Under the pieces are notes generated by a model. It was not told the DNA's origin. It ran no database searches and saw only the letters and a program-made list of their open reading frames with translations. A program made the position numbers and the translations under genes. A stretch of DNA of 63,753 nucleotides, counting the filler, from Basidioascus undulatus (taxonomy: Eukaryota), in the NCBI GenBank assembly GCA_000826855.1. It is 13 parts of 13 records of this genome, joined end to end, with 100 filler letters (N's around TTAATTAATTAA, not from the genome) between each part and the next. Parts side by side here need not be neighbours in the genome. Positions count along the whole stretch, not along the records: positions 1 to 3,221 come from JTLS01002481.1; positions 3,322 to 6,539 come from JTLS01002482.1; positions 6,640 to 9,855 come from JTLS01002483.1; positions 9,956 to 13,171 come from JTLS01002484.1; 9 more parts are not named here. The stretch is one strand, 5' to 3'. Positions 1-12,900 of the stretch are shown piece by piece. Numbering within the stretch: the stretch's first letter is position 1; every line of letters begins with the position of its first letter.

Positions 1-17
1 GTGTGCTCTTCCGATCT
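1..17 (+). other. Illumina TruSeq adapter remnant (artefact)
   Basis: GTGTGCTCTTCCGATCT is the 3' end of the TruSeq read-2 primer/adapter sequence and sits at the contig start. Confidence 0.95.
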
Positions 18-98
18 CGACGTCTTCCATTTTCGAACGACAACACACCTCCCCCAACGCAACCCCCACCCTCCCCTCCTCCCCTCCGCACCTCCCAG

Positions 99-1156
99 GC
101 AACGCCCCCAAGACGCCCGAGCTCCTTGCCGCCTTCGCCGAGGCGTCCGAGCGCGGCGTGGTCATCGTCAATGTCACGCAGTGCGGGCGCGGGAGCGTGA
201 GCGCCGCCTACGAGACGGGGCGGGCGTTGCTGGCTGTGGGCGTTATCCCGGGTGCGGACATGACTTGCGAAGTGCGCCGCCTCTGTCTTCCTCACCTCGA
301 AAGCTGTCTTTCATAGGTTAACCACCTTGGGAGGAATTCACAGGCCGCACTCGCCAAGCTCTCCTACCTCCTCTCGAAGCCTGACCTCACGCCCAGCGCC
401 GTCCGTTCGCTCATCGCGCGACCGCTGCGTGGCGAGCTAACGCTCCCTGCATACGAGCCGACCGCGCCGCTGTCTAGTCAAACCAAGATCCACACGCTCC
501 TCTCGCAGCTCGTCTCGCTCTCCTCCCCGTCCTCCTCCACCAACGCCACCATGACCCCTTCGGCGGCTCCCGCATCCTCAGACAGCCTCACCGCGTCCTG
601 GGACCCGACGCCCCTCGCCGCCGCGCGCGCGCAGGCGGCCCTCACGCCGTACCTCCTCAACCTTGCTGCGGCGCGGGACGACACGGCTGCACTTGGGCGC
701 TGCCTGGACGAGGCAGGCCGCGAGGCGGGGGGGCTGATGAATGGGTTAGAGCGCGCGAGCGGGCGCAACGCGCTCCATGTTGCGTGCTTGTATGGGAGTG
801 AGAAGGCCGCGGACCTCCTCCTCCACCGCGGGGCGCTCGTCCATCTCAGGGACTCGCTGAACCACACGCCGCTTTACTATGTGCGTTGAAATTTCCCTCG
901 ATCCACAGTGAGTATGCTGTTGACGCCGAGCTGTGGGGTTCGACAGGCCGCGCGCAGCGGACACGCAGAGGTCGTCAAGCTCCTGCGTGAGGCGGGTGCG
1001 CACCTGGGCGACCCGGAGGTCGAGGGCGGGTTCGTGCGCCTGGCGGTGGAGAAGGCGCGGCGGGCGAATGACCTCGAGCAGCTCAGCGTCTGGCAGCTCA
1101 CGGGCGTGGACCTGCACGCTCAGGACGGGAAGGCGGGCGAGAACGCTACGCAGTAG
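99..1156 (+). CDS. Type I L-asparaginase with C-terminal ankyrin repeats (ASPG/60-kDa lysophospholipase-like), 5'-partial, spliced
   Basis: Exons read GNAP..ERGVVIVNVTQCGRGSVSAAYETG..GVIPGADMTCE|AALAKLSYLL (asparaginase C-domain), then GRNALHVACLYG..HTPLYY|AARSGHAEVVKLL (ankyrin). GT..AG introns at ~272-343 and ~881-946; stop TAG ends at 1156. Confidence 0.9.
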
Positions 1157-1385
1157 ATGCATGCTTCGAGTCTGTCGCGCAAGGGCAGTGAAATGTGTGG
1201 GCTGTGGGCAATGTGCCTTTGAAATAAGGCAAGGCATTATGGGGTATCCGAGATAAAGAGACGGTTGCGAGAGGGCTACAACAGTGGACGGGGGTGGAAG
1301 AAGATGTACGAGAGTCAAGAAGGAAATGATGCAGTGATAGTGATAGTGATCCGGCGTGGGAAGATTGCGAGCTGGCAGAGCAATA

Positions 1386-3221
1386 TTATGCGGGACGGGT
1401 GTCGCCACGGGTTGCAGCGTCGGTAGAGGGCGGGTCGGTGGGAGACAAGGTGAGTTTGGGGGAGACGGGAGGGGAGTGCGGGCAGGCGCCGGCGGGCGTG
1501 TGCGGGGGTGACGGGACGAGGTCGGGGTTGGCGGAGTGGAAGAGGGCGAGGACGCCGTGGCGGTAGGACTCGAACACGAGGAGGTGGAGGATGTCGTCGA
1601 GCTGGAGTAAAATGCTTCATCAGATCTCGTCACGCGTAAGAAAGGGAAACAAAATAAGGGAAGCGCACTCACTCTGCCAGTGATAACGTCCCAGACCACC
1701 TCCTGCTTCTTGTCCAAATCCAACCAGCACTCCCAAAGCGTGCATCGCTCGCGGTCGAGCTCGCAGAGCGCCTGGACGCGCGCGACGCGGCGCCAGTTGA
1801 CCTCCGCCCATGCCTCGCGCTCGCCCTGCGCCATGTTGCGCGGGTACGCGAGGAACGGGTCCGCAACGGCTATGAGCGCGCCCTCGGGCGGGCTGCTCGT
1901 CCGGCTCGAGGGGGTCGTCGTCGTCCCTGAGCCTGAGCTGGGGCTCAGCGACGAAGGCAGCGGGGGCGTTACGCATGGGGCGAGCTCAGACGGCCGCGCA
2001 GGGATCTGCGAGAGCTTCTCCGCCGCGTTGTCCCCGTCACGGTCCGAGGCCTGGTCCCACTCCTGCTCGGGTTCCTGGTCGGGCTCGGACGCCGGAGGTG
2101 TCTCGCGCCTGTTTTGCGGGGTCGGTATGCGGAGCTGCACTGTAGCGAGGAGCGGCGTGCGAGGCTTCCCAACCGTCATGCCGTCCTGGTCCGGCTTCGG
2201 ACGCCGCCGCAGGCGCACCCACCGCCGCCGGCGGACCCACGCCCACGGCCCACCCACCTGGCTCCACCCCCGCGAACGGAACCACGAGTTGTACTCCCAC
2301 CCTGCTTCGTCCGTCCGGCGCGAGGTGGACATGTCGACGAGCATGTGCGGATGCTGTGATTGGCGATGGCGAGACGGAGATGGTTTGTTAGTATTTTGTG
2401 CGGGAAGATACTGGTAGGAATTTCTGGCGGACGCACAATCCACTCCCAGATTGGGTCGGGGGGCTGTATGCTGTCGGGCTTGTAAGGGGACGATGCGCCG
2501 AGCGCGGTCGTGTATTCCGAGGGATCCCAAGGGAAAAGAGCGTTAGGCGAGACTTAAAAAATGAAGGTTCTGGTCAGTGTCTGGTTCGGTAACGTGTCAC
2601 GAACTTCAATTGAACGTACAATGAGGTGATCCGAAGATGAAGAGCCTGCTCGCGCATGTCAGCCTGACGAGCGAACTGACGAGAACAGAGCGACCTACCC
2701 TCTCTGGTTCTCATACAAGATATCCCAGCCATACTCGTGCTTCTGCCGGTCCTCCTCGACGAGCACCAGCTCCGCCTCAAGCTCGTCCGCCGCCACCTCC
2801 GTCGTGACCGTCTCGTCGGCGGTCGGGGGCGAGTTGCTGAGGGAGAGGGACGCACTGGAGCCAGCCGCGGGTGTGCCAGTTTGCGGAGACGGTGAAGTCC
2901 GAGTCGATAGCGGGGTGAGCTCCGCCGCACGCGACGAGCACCTGCGCGACGCGCGCTTGCGCTTCCGTCGTCTGCGCGAGCCCCAGCGCCCGCCGCCCTG
3001 ACCCTCCTCGTCCTCAAACTCGGCGATGTCTAGCGTCGTCATGGTGTTCATCGGGAACGCCTCGGCACCGTCCTTGATGGACTCGGGCTCGGGGCTGTGG
3101 CTCGAGTCTGTGCGGGTGCCCCCCTCCTCCGAAATGCCCTCCAGCGGCGCCGGCTGCTGCACGAGCAAGCTCTGCGGGCGCTCCTGCTCCGCCAGCCCGC
3201 GCCGGCGCAGCGGCCCGACGC
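1386..3221 (-). CDS. Dysferlin (DysF)-domain protein, Spo73/Mug65-like, 5'-partial, spliced
   Basis: WDILYENQRG, PDPIWEW and VDMS..TDEAGWEYNSWF..AWVRRRRWVRLR are hallmark DysF motifs. Several GT..AG introns. Confidence 0.75.
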
Positions 3222-3321
3222 NNNNNNNNNNNNNNNNNNNNNNNNNNNNNNNNNNNNNNNNNNNNTTAATTAATTAANNNNNNNNNNNNNNNNNNNNNNN
3301 NNNNNNNNNNNNNNNNNNNNN
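3222..3321. other. Artificial contig spacer 1
   Basis: 44 N + TTAATTAATTAA (stops in all six frames) + 44 N. Confidence 0.99.
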
Positions 3322-3782
3322 GCGTGCTCAGCGGAAGAAATCAGGAAGAGTCTCCTTGAGCCCACCTCACCTTCATGTCTGAGGACTATGAGCAGGTATA
3401 CTTTATCACACCACTGCATTGAATAGATAATCGTGGCCAACGGTCTGCAACGGTTTGCATCTGGTGCAACTGCATGGCAACGCAGTCAAACGCAGTGCCT
3501 GGTGCCCAACTCCGGAAGCTGCTGCTTATTTGTGCTTTGGATCTTGTACGCTTCCCAATACTGTGAATATTCGTTTTAATTTATCATTCTATGCCCATAT
3601 CCAAGACGTTAGAAAAATGTGCGATGCGTTTCTGCATGGAAGACGTCCTACGTCGACGTTGATGCGCACGTGAAACACCGCAACTTGCGATCGGCCGCAG
3701 CGCCCGCAGGCTCATCCCCAGCGAGATACGGCGGGCAGGGCTGCGCCCTTCTCTCCTCTCGACCGCCATCATCTCCAACATC

Positions 3783-6092
3783 ATGTCGTCCACTTCCACT
3801 ACAACCGCCACGGAAATCAGCCTTCGGCCTCTTCCTTCTCCCACCTCCGCCGCGCCTCTCGAGCGCAAGTTCAGCGCCGGCGACGGCCCGCTCTCGCCAG
3901 ACCTCGAGCCCGCCATGAGCGGTGAGAGGGACCCCCTGCTTTTGCGGGAGCGCGTGAAGAGCGACGACGACATCATAGAGATCCGCAAGTGCGTTGTTTT
4001 AGGCTCTGGGTGAGCAGAGGATATCGCTGAACCATGGGGGGTCGCAGGCGTGCGGGGAGGAAGCGAGGCGAGCAGCTGAAGGACTTCTACGACAATCAGA
4101 ACGCCGTGAGTGATATTGGACAGGGTCTGAGAGGAGGGAGGACTCATCCGAGTTGGGCTTTGCAGCACATCGAGAATCTTCTTAAGCCTATAGAGGTGTG
4201 TCCTCTCAGACAGCGATTTCTTGCGGCCAACCGTTGATGCCCTTATCTTTAGTTGCACAACAGTGAAGCTGCAGACGAGGCCGACGCGTCGAGGCTCAAG
4301 GTCGTCCTTCCAGACTCACTCGAATCTTACCATCGCGGATGTAGGTCAATACTGACCAGGCTATTACAGGTCCAGATCGCCGTGTACGGCTCGCTCGTCG
4401 CGAACATCCTGGTGCGTGCCGGTCCACACCTCCAGCTAATCTTGCTTCCGCAACAAGACTGACAAGTGTTCGTGTCGCTAGCTGTCCGGACTCCAAGTTT
4501 ACGCCGCAGCGAGCTCCCTCTCGCTGTCGTTCTTCGCAACTGCGGCGGACTCGGGTATGTCGATGTCCGTTGAGAGTGCGGGAGGCGTACGCTAAGGCCC
4601 CATGAACGAGCAGTATTCGATCCCTGTGAGTCTACGATCGTACTGGGTGTACGGAGCAGGCTGATCGCTTAACATGATTACTCAGTCGCCAACCTGCTGC
4701 TCAGTGAGGAACATGCTTCGCCTGAGGAGTCTATCTCTCGAGCTGACAATAGCACCGCTGACAGACTGGACGCACAAGAAGGGGAAAAAGCTCGACCCGG
4801 TCAAGTGGCCCGCGGTACGTGAGAGCTTTTATGATCATTGCCATCATGCATGGCTCACAATCGTTGTGCAGGGCGGCTCCCGCCTGGAGACCATCGCGAA
4901 CAGTGCGTCTTCTTTCATTTGTATCCTCTTGGGCATAGCGTCTGATGTAATGCTTCCTGTAGTCTGCTACGGCTTCCTCATGATCTCGGTCAACATGATC
5001 CTCATCGTTGAGTCGATCCGTACCATCGTCGAGGGCGGCGGCAAGGACAACGACACGAATGAGCTCCACATCCCTGCGATTGCCGCTGTCTGCGTCGCGT
5101 TCGGCACCAAGCTCTCGCTCTTCTTCTATTGCATGGCCATCCGCAAGTCGAGCTCGCAAGTGCAGATGCTTTGGGAGGTACGCTCGCATCCGCAGCCTAG
5201 CCCGTCGAGATGGATCGCTTATGTCGGGTCCAGGACCACCGCAACGACCTGCCTGTCAACGGATTCGGCATCCTCACAAACGCTGGCGGCGCGGCGCTCA
5301 AGTGGTGGATTGGTGCGTTTCACCGCCGTTGTGTCTGCTAGCCCTTGTTCCTGACGGCACTTTCCGCCCAACAGACCCTGCAGGCGCCATGATCATCGCT
5401 ACCGGCGTCATCATCTCCTGGGTCTTCACCTGCTACGAGCAGTTCACTCTTCTGGCTGGCAAGTCGGCCGGGCCCGACTTCCTGCAGCTTGTCGGTGCGT
5501 CTTCTCTTCTCTTGCGTGCGTTCTCTTCGCGGACGAGCACGCCCGCTCATGCTGGTTCGGTGTTGCACAGTCTACAAGGCGATGACTTTCAACGAAGAGA
5601 TCACCCAGATCGACTCGTGCAAAGCTTACCACTCGGGTCCCGACCTCGTACGTCTCCCATTGTTTGTCTCTTTGGCGTCGATTGCCGCTGACCCGTTGTG
5701 CCGGCAGGTCGTCGAGGTTGACATTGTCATGCCAGGCGACACGTGAGAATTCTGCCCAGAGATCTGCCATACACTTGCTCAATCTGGTATCACGTTGCTC
5801 GCAGCCCTCTTCACCGCGCCCACGACGTTTCGCAAGCCTTGCAGGACGCGCTTGAGGACCTGCCGGGCGTGACCCGCTCGCACGTGCACGGTACGTTCCT
5901 GAAGCCTCTCAGACGTTGTTCGTTGTATCGTGGCTAAAACTGACCGGGCCTGGCGCTGCAGTCGACTGGGGTGAGTTCGTATCACCACGCCGTTCTTTGC
6001 TTCCGCCCCGTCGCAATTAGCAGCTGACGAGCCGACATCTTTATTGCACAGAAACCGACCATCACCCCGAGCACCGCAAGAAACTCCTCTAA
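3783..6092 (+). CDS. Cation diffusion facilitator, Mn-CDF (MTP8-11-like), about 17 introns
   Basis: Spliced reading gives FFATAADSVFDP, KWPAGGSRLETIAN, QMLWEDHRND, WWIDPAGAMII, KAYHSG, VEVDIVM, AHDVSQALQDALEDLPGVTRSHVHVDWETDHHPEH; stop TAA 6090-6092. Confidence 0.92.
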
Positions 6093-6358
6093 GGTGTCCC
6101 GCTATATTATCGCTCAGAATCAGCCTTTACACTTGCCACGAACCGTCACGAAATGTCTGCTTGTACTCTCTTCACGCCCTTCAGACTGCTGCTTGGCAGC
6201 CAAGCATCTACTGACCGGGTCTAGATCTTTATGTTTCCCCTTAAAGCGTCATTCAAGCGGCTGTTGTCGATCGTATTGACATCGAGACTGAGGCCGAGTC
6301 CGATGGACAGTGCGTGTCGGACCGCGAGCCGTCATCCCGGTTCAGACCGCTCTCGCTC

Positions 6359-6539
6359 TGTCATGAATACCCTCCCTCCCTTCAACAAGGACATCTACGC
6401 CCTCCCCTACCCTCTCCCTATTGTCACCTTCCTTTGTCCTATTGTCCTCCTGTCCACCTCCTCGCATTCCTTTGTCCCTTACATCAAGCTATTGTCCTCC
6501 TGGCCTCCCTTTGTCTCCTCCCTCTACTCTCCACAGTAT
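6359..6539 (+). mobile_element. 5' end of an LTR, cut by contig end
   Basis: Starts TGTCATGAATACCC, the same as the reverse-complement terminus of the solo LTR at 27140. The pyrimidine-rich, CpG-poor sequence that follows resembles that LTR. Confidence 0.55.
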
Positions 6540-6639
6540 NNNNNNNNNNNNNNNNNNNNNNNNNNNNNNNNNNNNNNNNNNNNTTAATTAATTAANNNNN
6601 NNNNNNNNNNNNNNNNNNNNNNNNNNNNNNNNNNNNNNN
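6540..6639. other. Artificial contig spacer 2
   Basis: N44-TTAATTAATTAA-N44. Confidence 0.99.
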
Positions 6640-9600
6640 CGCCGTCGAGGCCGACGAGCGAACCCGCGCCGTGCGAGAGGTGCCCCCGCCCGCCCCCACC
6701 GCTGCCGCCTGCGCGGTGCGCCTGCTGCGCGCCAAGCCCGAGCGACATGAGCGCGTGCGGGTACCCGCCGCCGTAGCTGTGGCGGTTGTACGCCTCGGAC
6801 TCCCGCTGCAGCTTGCTCTGGATGCGCTTGCCGTACGGCGTGTTGCGGATCATGGGCAGGATGGGCCGAATGCACTCGACGAGCTGTGATCCCATCGTGG
6901 CACAATCAGCAACCAACTGACACCTTCTATCACCACGCATACGAGCGACTCACCAACATCCGCTGAGACGGCTCAGCGTAGTCAAGCGCAGTCTGGACGA
7001 CGTAGCTGTTCCCCGAAACCCTATCAGCATACCTTCTGGACACTCCCCCTCTCGTTGAAGAAAACCACGCACTTGGCGAAAGCGTCCCGAAGGAGCTTCT
7101 CGAGCCTGCTCCGGTTGAGGAGCTCGTCGATGAGCATGTGGCGCGTCGTCGGCTCGGCGACGCGAATGCACTTCTCGACGACGTTGGACGAGAACTTCTG
7201 GACGGAGAGGACGCAGATGTGGCCGATGAACTGCCGGATGACGGCGTCCGTGAAGCGCGCGTCGCCGAGGTCGAGGACATATTGGACGACGTCTGTTCCC
7301 GAACGCAGACGTTCAGCATTCGAGTCCGAGAGGAAGGAAAGGCAAAGGGAAAGCAACGCACAGTTCCCGAATGGATCCTGGACCAGACTCAGGGCGTGGT
7401 ACGTGATCTCTGCGACGAGCTGGATGCGCTGCGCGTCCGAGGCGTGGTCGACGCAGCGCTGGAGGACGCAGCAGCCGTGGCGGTGGGTGGCGACCTCGAC
7501 GCAGTGCTGCGCGACTGCGTTGTAGATGAACTGGTTGTCCTCGGGCACGAGCCGGTTCAGGCACTTCTGGATCACATGGTTGCCCTGGAGGTCCGCACGT
7601 CGTGGCCGTGTTAGTCGAACGTCCTCGGGAGAGGGAGCGAGGGAGCAGGGGGGAGAGGGACGGAGGGAGGCAGAGCGGACGAGGGACGAAGAGAGCGAGG
7701 GACGGAGACAAAACGAGGGGGAGAGTGAGAGGGGTGGGAGGAAGGAAGCCAACGCACGTTCAAGTCCTTAATCAGCGTCACAACGTGCATGCTGAGCGCG
7801 ACAATGATCGCGTGGATCTGCCGGCGCGTCGACAAGTGGTCGATGAGCTTCTGGACCGCGCGAGTCCTGTCCCACCCGTCCCCCCAACCACAATCAGCTT
7901 GCCCTTCTCTTTCCTTCCTTCGCAAACGACGCACCCGTGCATGTTCAAGCTGATCGTCACAAGCTCAGGCGCGACGCTCTCGCAGATCGCATCGCGCTGG
8001 CCGTCGTTCGCGTACTCGAGCAGCTTCTGGCAGAGGTAGTTGCTGTGTGCGTTCCCGAATGTCAGCTCCCCACGTGGAACGAGGGCACGAGGTGGGAGGG
8101 AGAGGAGGGAGGCAGGGCCCCAGAACGACGTACCCGAACGGATCTGCTGCGACGTAGCATCAGTCCACTATGAATCGTACTCCGGGAGAGGCGGGAAGCG
8201 AAAGAATGAAGAATGGGAACGAAGGCGAAGTACGAAGGAAGCGAGGGAGAAGGACGAAAAAGAACGACGCCTGCCAGGGAGCAGAACGCCGCGCGAAAAG
8301 GGGTGGGGATGCGAAGAGAATCGGCAACGGGGAATCGTGGGAAAGGTCGGTGGTGGTGTAATGGGCAATCGACTCACCAGTCATGAGCTCCGCAAAGTGC
8401 GGGAACGTCTCGTTGAAGATCATGTCCCTGTGGCCGTCCTCGTTCTCCTCGAGCTTCTTCTGGAGGTACCGGCAGCCGTGCTGGTCCTTGCAGAGCGAGT
8501 AGATCTCGCCCTTGAGGTCCTCGAGGCGCGTGCCGGCGAAGCGGTTCACTGGCGTCCCGTCCCCAGTCCCGAGTCAGCACTGCCTTCTTCGTTCGGGTCG
8601 AACCACCAAGGGGAGACGGTGGGAAGGGTGGCGCGGGGGCGGTGCGCCACAATAACCAGGAAAGTCGAAGGGCGCAGGATAAAGAGAAAGAAGGACCCGC
8701 AACGCACGTTCCAGATCCGCCCTCCTCCCCGCCTTCCCCATCACGCCTCCCATTCCCCTTCCAAATCCTCCAAGCCCGTTGAGCTCCCACCCAAACTTGT
8801 AGTCCTCGGCGTACGAGCTGCCGGGCCCGCCACCGGTGCTGGAGCGGGGCCCGCCGGCGCCGGCGGAGGCGGAGGGGGTCGGGTTCGGTCCGGTCAGCGG
8901 GTAGGGCGGATTCGTGTCGATGTTGGCGAGCTGCGAGAGCGGGGGACGTCAGTAAAGGTGAAATAGGAAGGAAAAGGGGGACGGAGGGGAGGAGGGGAGG
9001 AGGAGGAAGAAAGAAGGGGAAAGAGGAGAAGGAAGGGGAAGACGCGACCCACCGACGCAAACGTATCAAGCTCCGGATAAGGGCTGCTCACGCCCCTCGG
9101 GAACCCGCCCAAATCGGGCACAGGCGTATTGTATCCCGTCGTCCTCCTGCCTCCGCTCAGAGCCGCAACAGTCGCGGCGCTCTTGTCCGCCACGGGGCTG
9201 TGGCTCACGCTCTTCGCGCCGCTCGGGGGCGGGCTGGCAGAGGGCGGGACGGAGACGGAGGAGTGCCGCTTGTTGGCTGCTACGGTCGCGGAGGGGGAGG
9301 GCACGCGCGCGGGGGAGGCGGACCCCGAGCGGGCGGAGGGCCAGTCGCCGGCGGAGGCGCGCGCCTTGAGGACGCTGCCGAGCCGGGAGGTGGTCGTCCC
9401 GGCTTGAGCGGCGGCGAGCGCGAGGTCGAGCGCGGCGGAACCCGCGGAGAGCTGCGGGAGGGAGTTAGTTGGGGAAGTGGAGGGAGAAGGCAGGGAGGGA
9501 AGAGGGAAGGGAGAAAGACGGACTTGGCCGGGGAAGTCTTCGCGCCGGACGAGGATCGGGAACTTGTCGTCGTCCGAGTTCATCTGGAGGTACTTGACGG

Positions 9601-9855
9601 AGTCTGTTTGAATTACAAAGGTGCGCAGGGGGAAGGGAAAATAATGTCAGCTCGCATTCTTCTCGCGATAGCCATCTGCCCTGCTGCTGCGACTGCTTTC
9701 ACCTCGCCCCACAGACAAATTAACGAGAACGAAGAGCAAGCGACGCACTGTACCGATCGTCGCCCTCCAGCTCATCATCGAACGAGAACGACACTCCCGG
9801 CGGGGCGATCTTGCTGGCGTTTGCGGCAGTGCTAGGGCTGGCGGTCCTCGTCCTA
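6640..9855 (-). CDS. Pumilio/PUF RNA-binding protein (Puf4/Mpt5-like), partial at both ends, spliced
   Basis: PUM repeats: SLCKDQHGCRYLQKKLE, GNHVIQKCL, HRHGCCVLQRC, QKFSSNVVEKC, YVVQTALD, NTPYGKRIQSK. Confidence 0.93.
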
Positions 9856-9955
9856 NNNNNNNNNNNNNNNNNNNNNNNNNNNNNNNNNNNNNNNNNNNNT
9901 TAATTAATTAANNNNNNNNNNNNNNNNNNNNNNNNNNNNNNNNNNNNNNNNNNNN
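9856..9955. other. Artificial contig spacer 3
   Basis: N44-TTAATTAATTAA-N44. Confidence 0.99.
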
Positions 9956-12900
9956 GAATTGTTAAATAAAGGTCCCCTCCCTCCTCTGTGTCTCCCCCCG
10001 CTGCGGCCTCGCCCTCGCCCGCGTCCACCGATGCCATCAAGCCCGCCACGGGCTTCTCCTCGTTCGCGCCCTCCACGTCGGGCTCTGCGTTCTGCGGCGC
10101 GTCCGCGTTCGCGAAACCCTCGGCCCTCGGCGGTGGCAGCGCATTCGGCTCCCCCTCCGCGTTCGGTGCCTCCGCCGGCGCATCAGCGTTCGGCAAGCCG
10201 TCAGCATTCGGTGCGAACGCCGCCTCTTCCCCCTCCACCCCCGGCGCTCCCGCTTTCGGCTCCCCCTCCACCTTCGGTGCCTCCGCGGGCGCGTCGGCAT
10301 TCGGCAAGCCCTCAGCGTTCGGCGCCAGCGCGGGGTCCCCCTCCGCGTTCGGCAAGCCCTCCGCCTTCGGCTCGAGCGCGGGCGAGGGCGCGGGCGCTGC
10401 CTCGCCCAGCCCGAGCGCGCCGAGCGCCTTCTCCAGCACGGGCGGCTTCGCGGGCTTCGGAACCCCCAGCACGGCAGCGCCCGCTAAGTCGTTCGCGTCC
10501 ATGCTCGGTGGGAGCGATAACAAGCCCGCGACGATAGCCGACACTGCGTCACCTTTCTCCTCGTTTGCGAGCGCCGGCAAGCCCGTCTTTGGCGCGCCGC
10601 CGACGCCTAAGCCCGAGCCTGAGCACGAGCAGGAGAAGCCGGCCGAGGCGGAAGAGGAGGAGATGCGCGCTGAGTCGCCTGCGCCCGAGCCTGAGCTCGC
10701 ACCTGCGCCCGAGCCCGCTCCCGAGCCTGCCCCGCCCGCTGAGGAGAAGCAGCTCGAGCCTGCGCCGGCCGTCGAGGAGCCGGTCGAGGAGAAGAAGGAG
10801 CCCGAGCCGGTCGAGGAGAAGGCAGAGGAGAAGGCAGAGGAGAAGGCAGAGGAGAAGGCAGAGGAGAAGGAGGAGGAGAAGGAGAAGGAGGCGAAGGCCG
10901 AGCCTCCCGCCGCGACCCCCGCTCCCGCCGCCACTACGTCCGGATTCTTCAAGACGGCGCCGAAGCCCGCGGGCCAGAAGCATTGCGGAACCTGCATGTG
11001 TACGAGCCCCTCCGATGCGGTGAAGTGTACTGTCTGCGAGGAGCCGTTCGCGGGCGCGGCGCCAGGCGGCGCGCCTAAGATGCCCACGCTCCCTGCCGCG
11101 CCCGCTGGAGGCTTCTCGTTCGGGGGCGCGACGGTCAAGCCGACGACGACCGAGTCCAAGGCCGCGGACGCAAAGCTCCCCGCCGCACCGGGCTTCTTCG
11201 GCGCAGGCGCGTTCAAAATGCCGCCGACGCTCGCGGGTCAGAAGGAGTGCTCGACCTGCATGTGCAAGAGCCCCGCCGGCGCGGAGAAGTGCGTAGCCTG
11301 CGAGGAGCCGTTCCCAGGCGCGGCGCCAAGCGGCGCGCCGAAGATGCCCACGCTCCCCGCCGCGCCCGCTGGAGGCTTCTCATTCGGGGGCGCGACGTTC
11401 AAGCCTTCGGATGGGAAGGAGGCGCTCAAGCTCCCCGCCGCGCCGGCGGGGGGCTTCTCGTTCGGAGGGTTCAAGCCCCCTGCGCCGGCCGAGCAGAAGT
11501 CGCCCGCGGAGCCGCTCAAGGCCGCCGACGGGTCAGAGATGCCCAAGGCGCCGACGACGTGCTCGTTTGGTGGCGCGTCGGTCACGCCCAATGCGAAGGA
11601 CGAGGACGGGGAGGGGAAGGGCAAGGAAGAAGAGAAGAAGGACAAGCCTGCCTCGACTGGGTTCTCGTTTGGTGCGTCTGCTTCTCCCTAAGCGTCGCTA
11701 GCGCTATTCTCAGTCCCTCGCGCATCCATTCCCACAGCTCCGACTTCCGCTCCTGCGTTCTGCTTCGGAACGCCCGCTGCCGCACCCTCCGACGCCCCGA
11801 AATCACCCTTCTCTTTCCCCACCGCCGCGCCCGCCGGCGACTCAAAGCCCACTTTTGGCTTCTCTCCCTCCACCACGCCCGAGGTCAAGTCACCTGGCGC
11901 CGACAAGGCGAAGCCGTACGAGATCGTGGAGAAGCTCTTGCCCGCCGGCACGCCCGCCACACCGCCCGAGGATGAGTCTTCCCCCGAGCGCTCGCCGGCC
12001 GCACAGCCTCCCCCCAAGCCCCCCGTGGACAAGACTAAGGCATTCTTTGGGCTGATGAGCAGCCCGCCGGGCGGGGGCGCGAAGGCCATGTCGTCCACGC
12101 GCCAGAGCTTCGGCAACTTGTTCGTCGCAAAGGAGGAGGCTGCGAAGGCTGAGGAGCCCGAAGTCGAGGAGGCGGAGGACGAAGAGGAAGAGGGAGAGGA
12201 GGAAGATGAGGAGGAAGATGAGGAAGAGGAGGAGGAGGGATACGATGAGGAGGGCGAGGAGGAGCCGCAGGGCTTCGGGCACGCGCTCGAGGCTGTGCGG
12301 GAGGAGGAGGAGTACGGCGAAGTCGGAAAGGAGGAGGAAGAGGAAGAGGAAGAGGAGGAGGAGCAATCGACCACGCCGCCTGGCTCGCCCGCCAAGAAGC
12401 CATCGCCGGCGTCGCTCGCCCCGCCGCAGGGCGGCGCCCCCTCCTTCTCATTCGGCAACGCCGCGGCCGCGCGCTCGCCCTCACCCTTCGGCTCAGCGTT
12501 CAAGCCCCGCGCCAGCTCGCCCCTCGCTAGCAGCCCGCCGGTCGTCTCGCCCCAGCCGGAGAGGCCGCCGCCCGCCGCCGGGTTCTCGTTCGGCAAGCCG
12601 CCTGCAGCCGCCGCGGATCAGGACAAGAAGGAGGACAAGGAGGCCGCAAAGTCTCCATTCGCCGCCTTCGCAAAGCCTGCCGCGCCGTCTTCGCCATTTG
12701 GAGGTTTTGGGCAGCCGCCCGCGTCTTCCGCCGTGCCGTCGACTTCAGCAACAGCCGCACCTGCTCCCGCTCCGGCGTCCGCTGGCTTCGGCACACCTCT
12801 CCAGCCGAGCTCCGTCACGTCCCCCTCGTCGCCCTCCCCGCCGTCCGCAACGAATCCCGCGCCCGCTGCAGCGAATGCGAGCCCGTTCGCCGGCTGGGGC

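Noticed and set aside
3266..3277. Recurrent TTAATTAATTAA palindrome as a biological repeat
   Set aside because: Always centred in N44 flanks; it is a standard six-frame-stop assembly linker.
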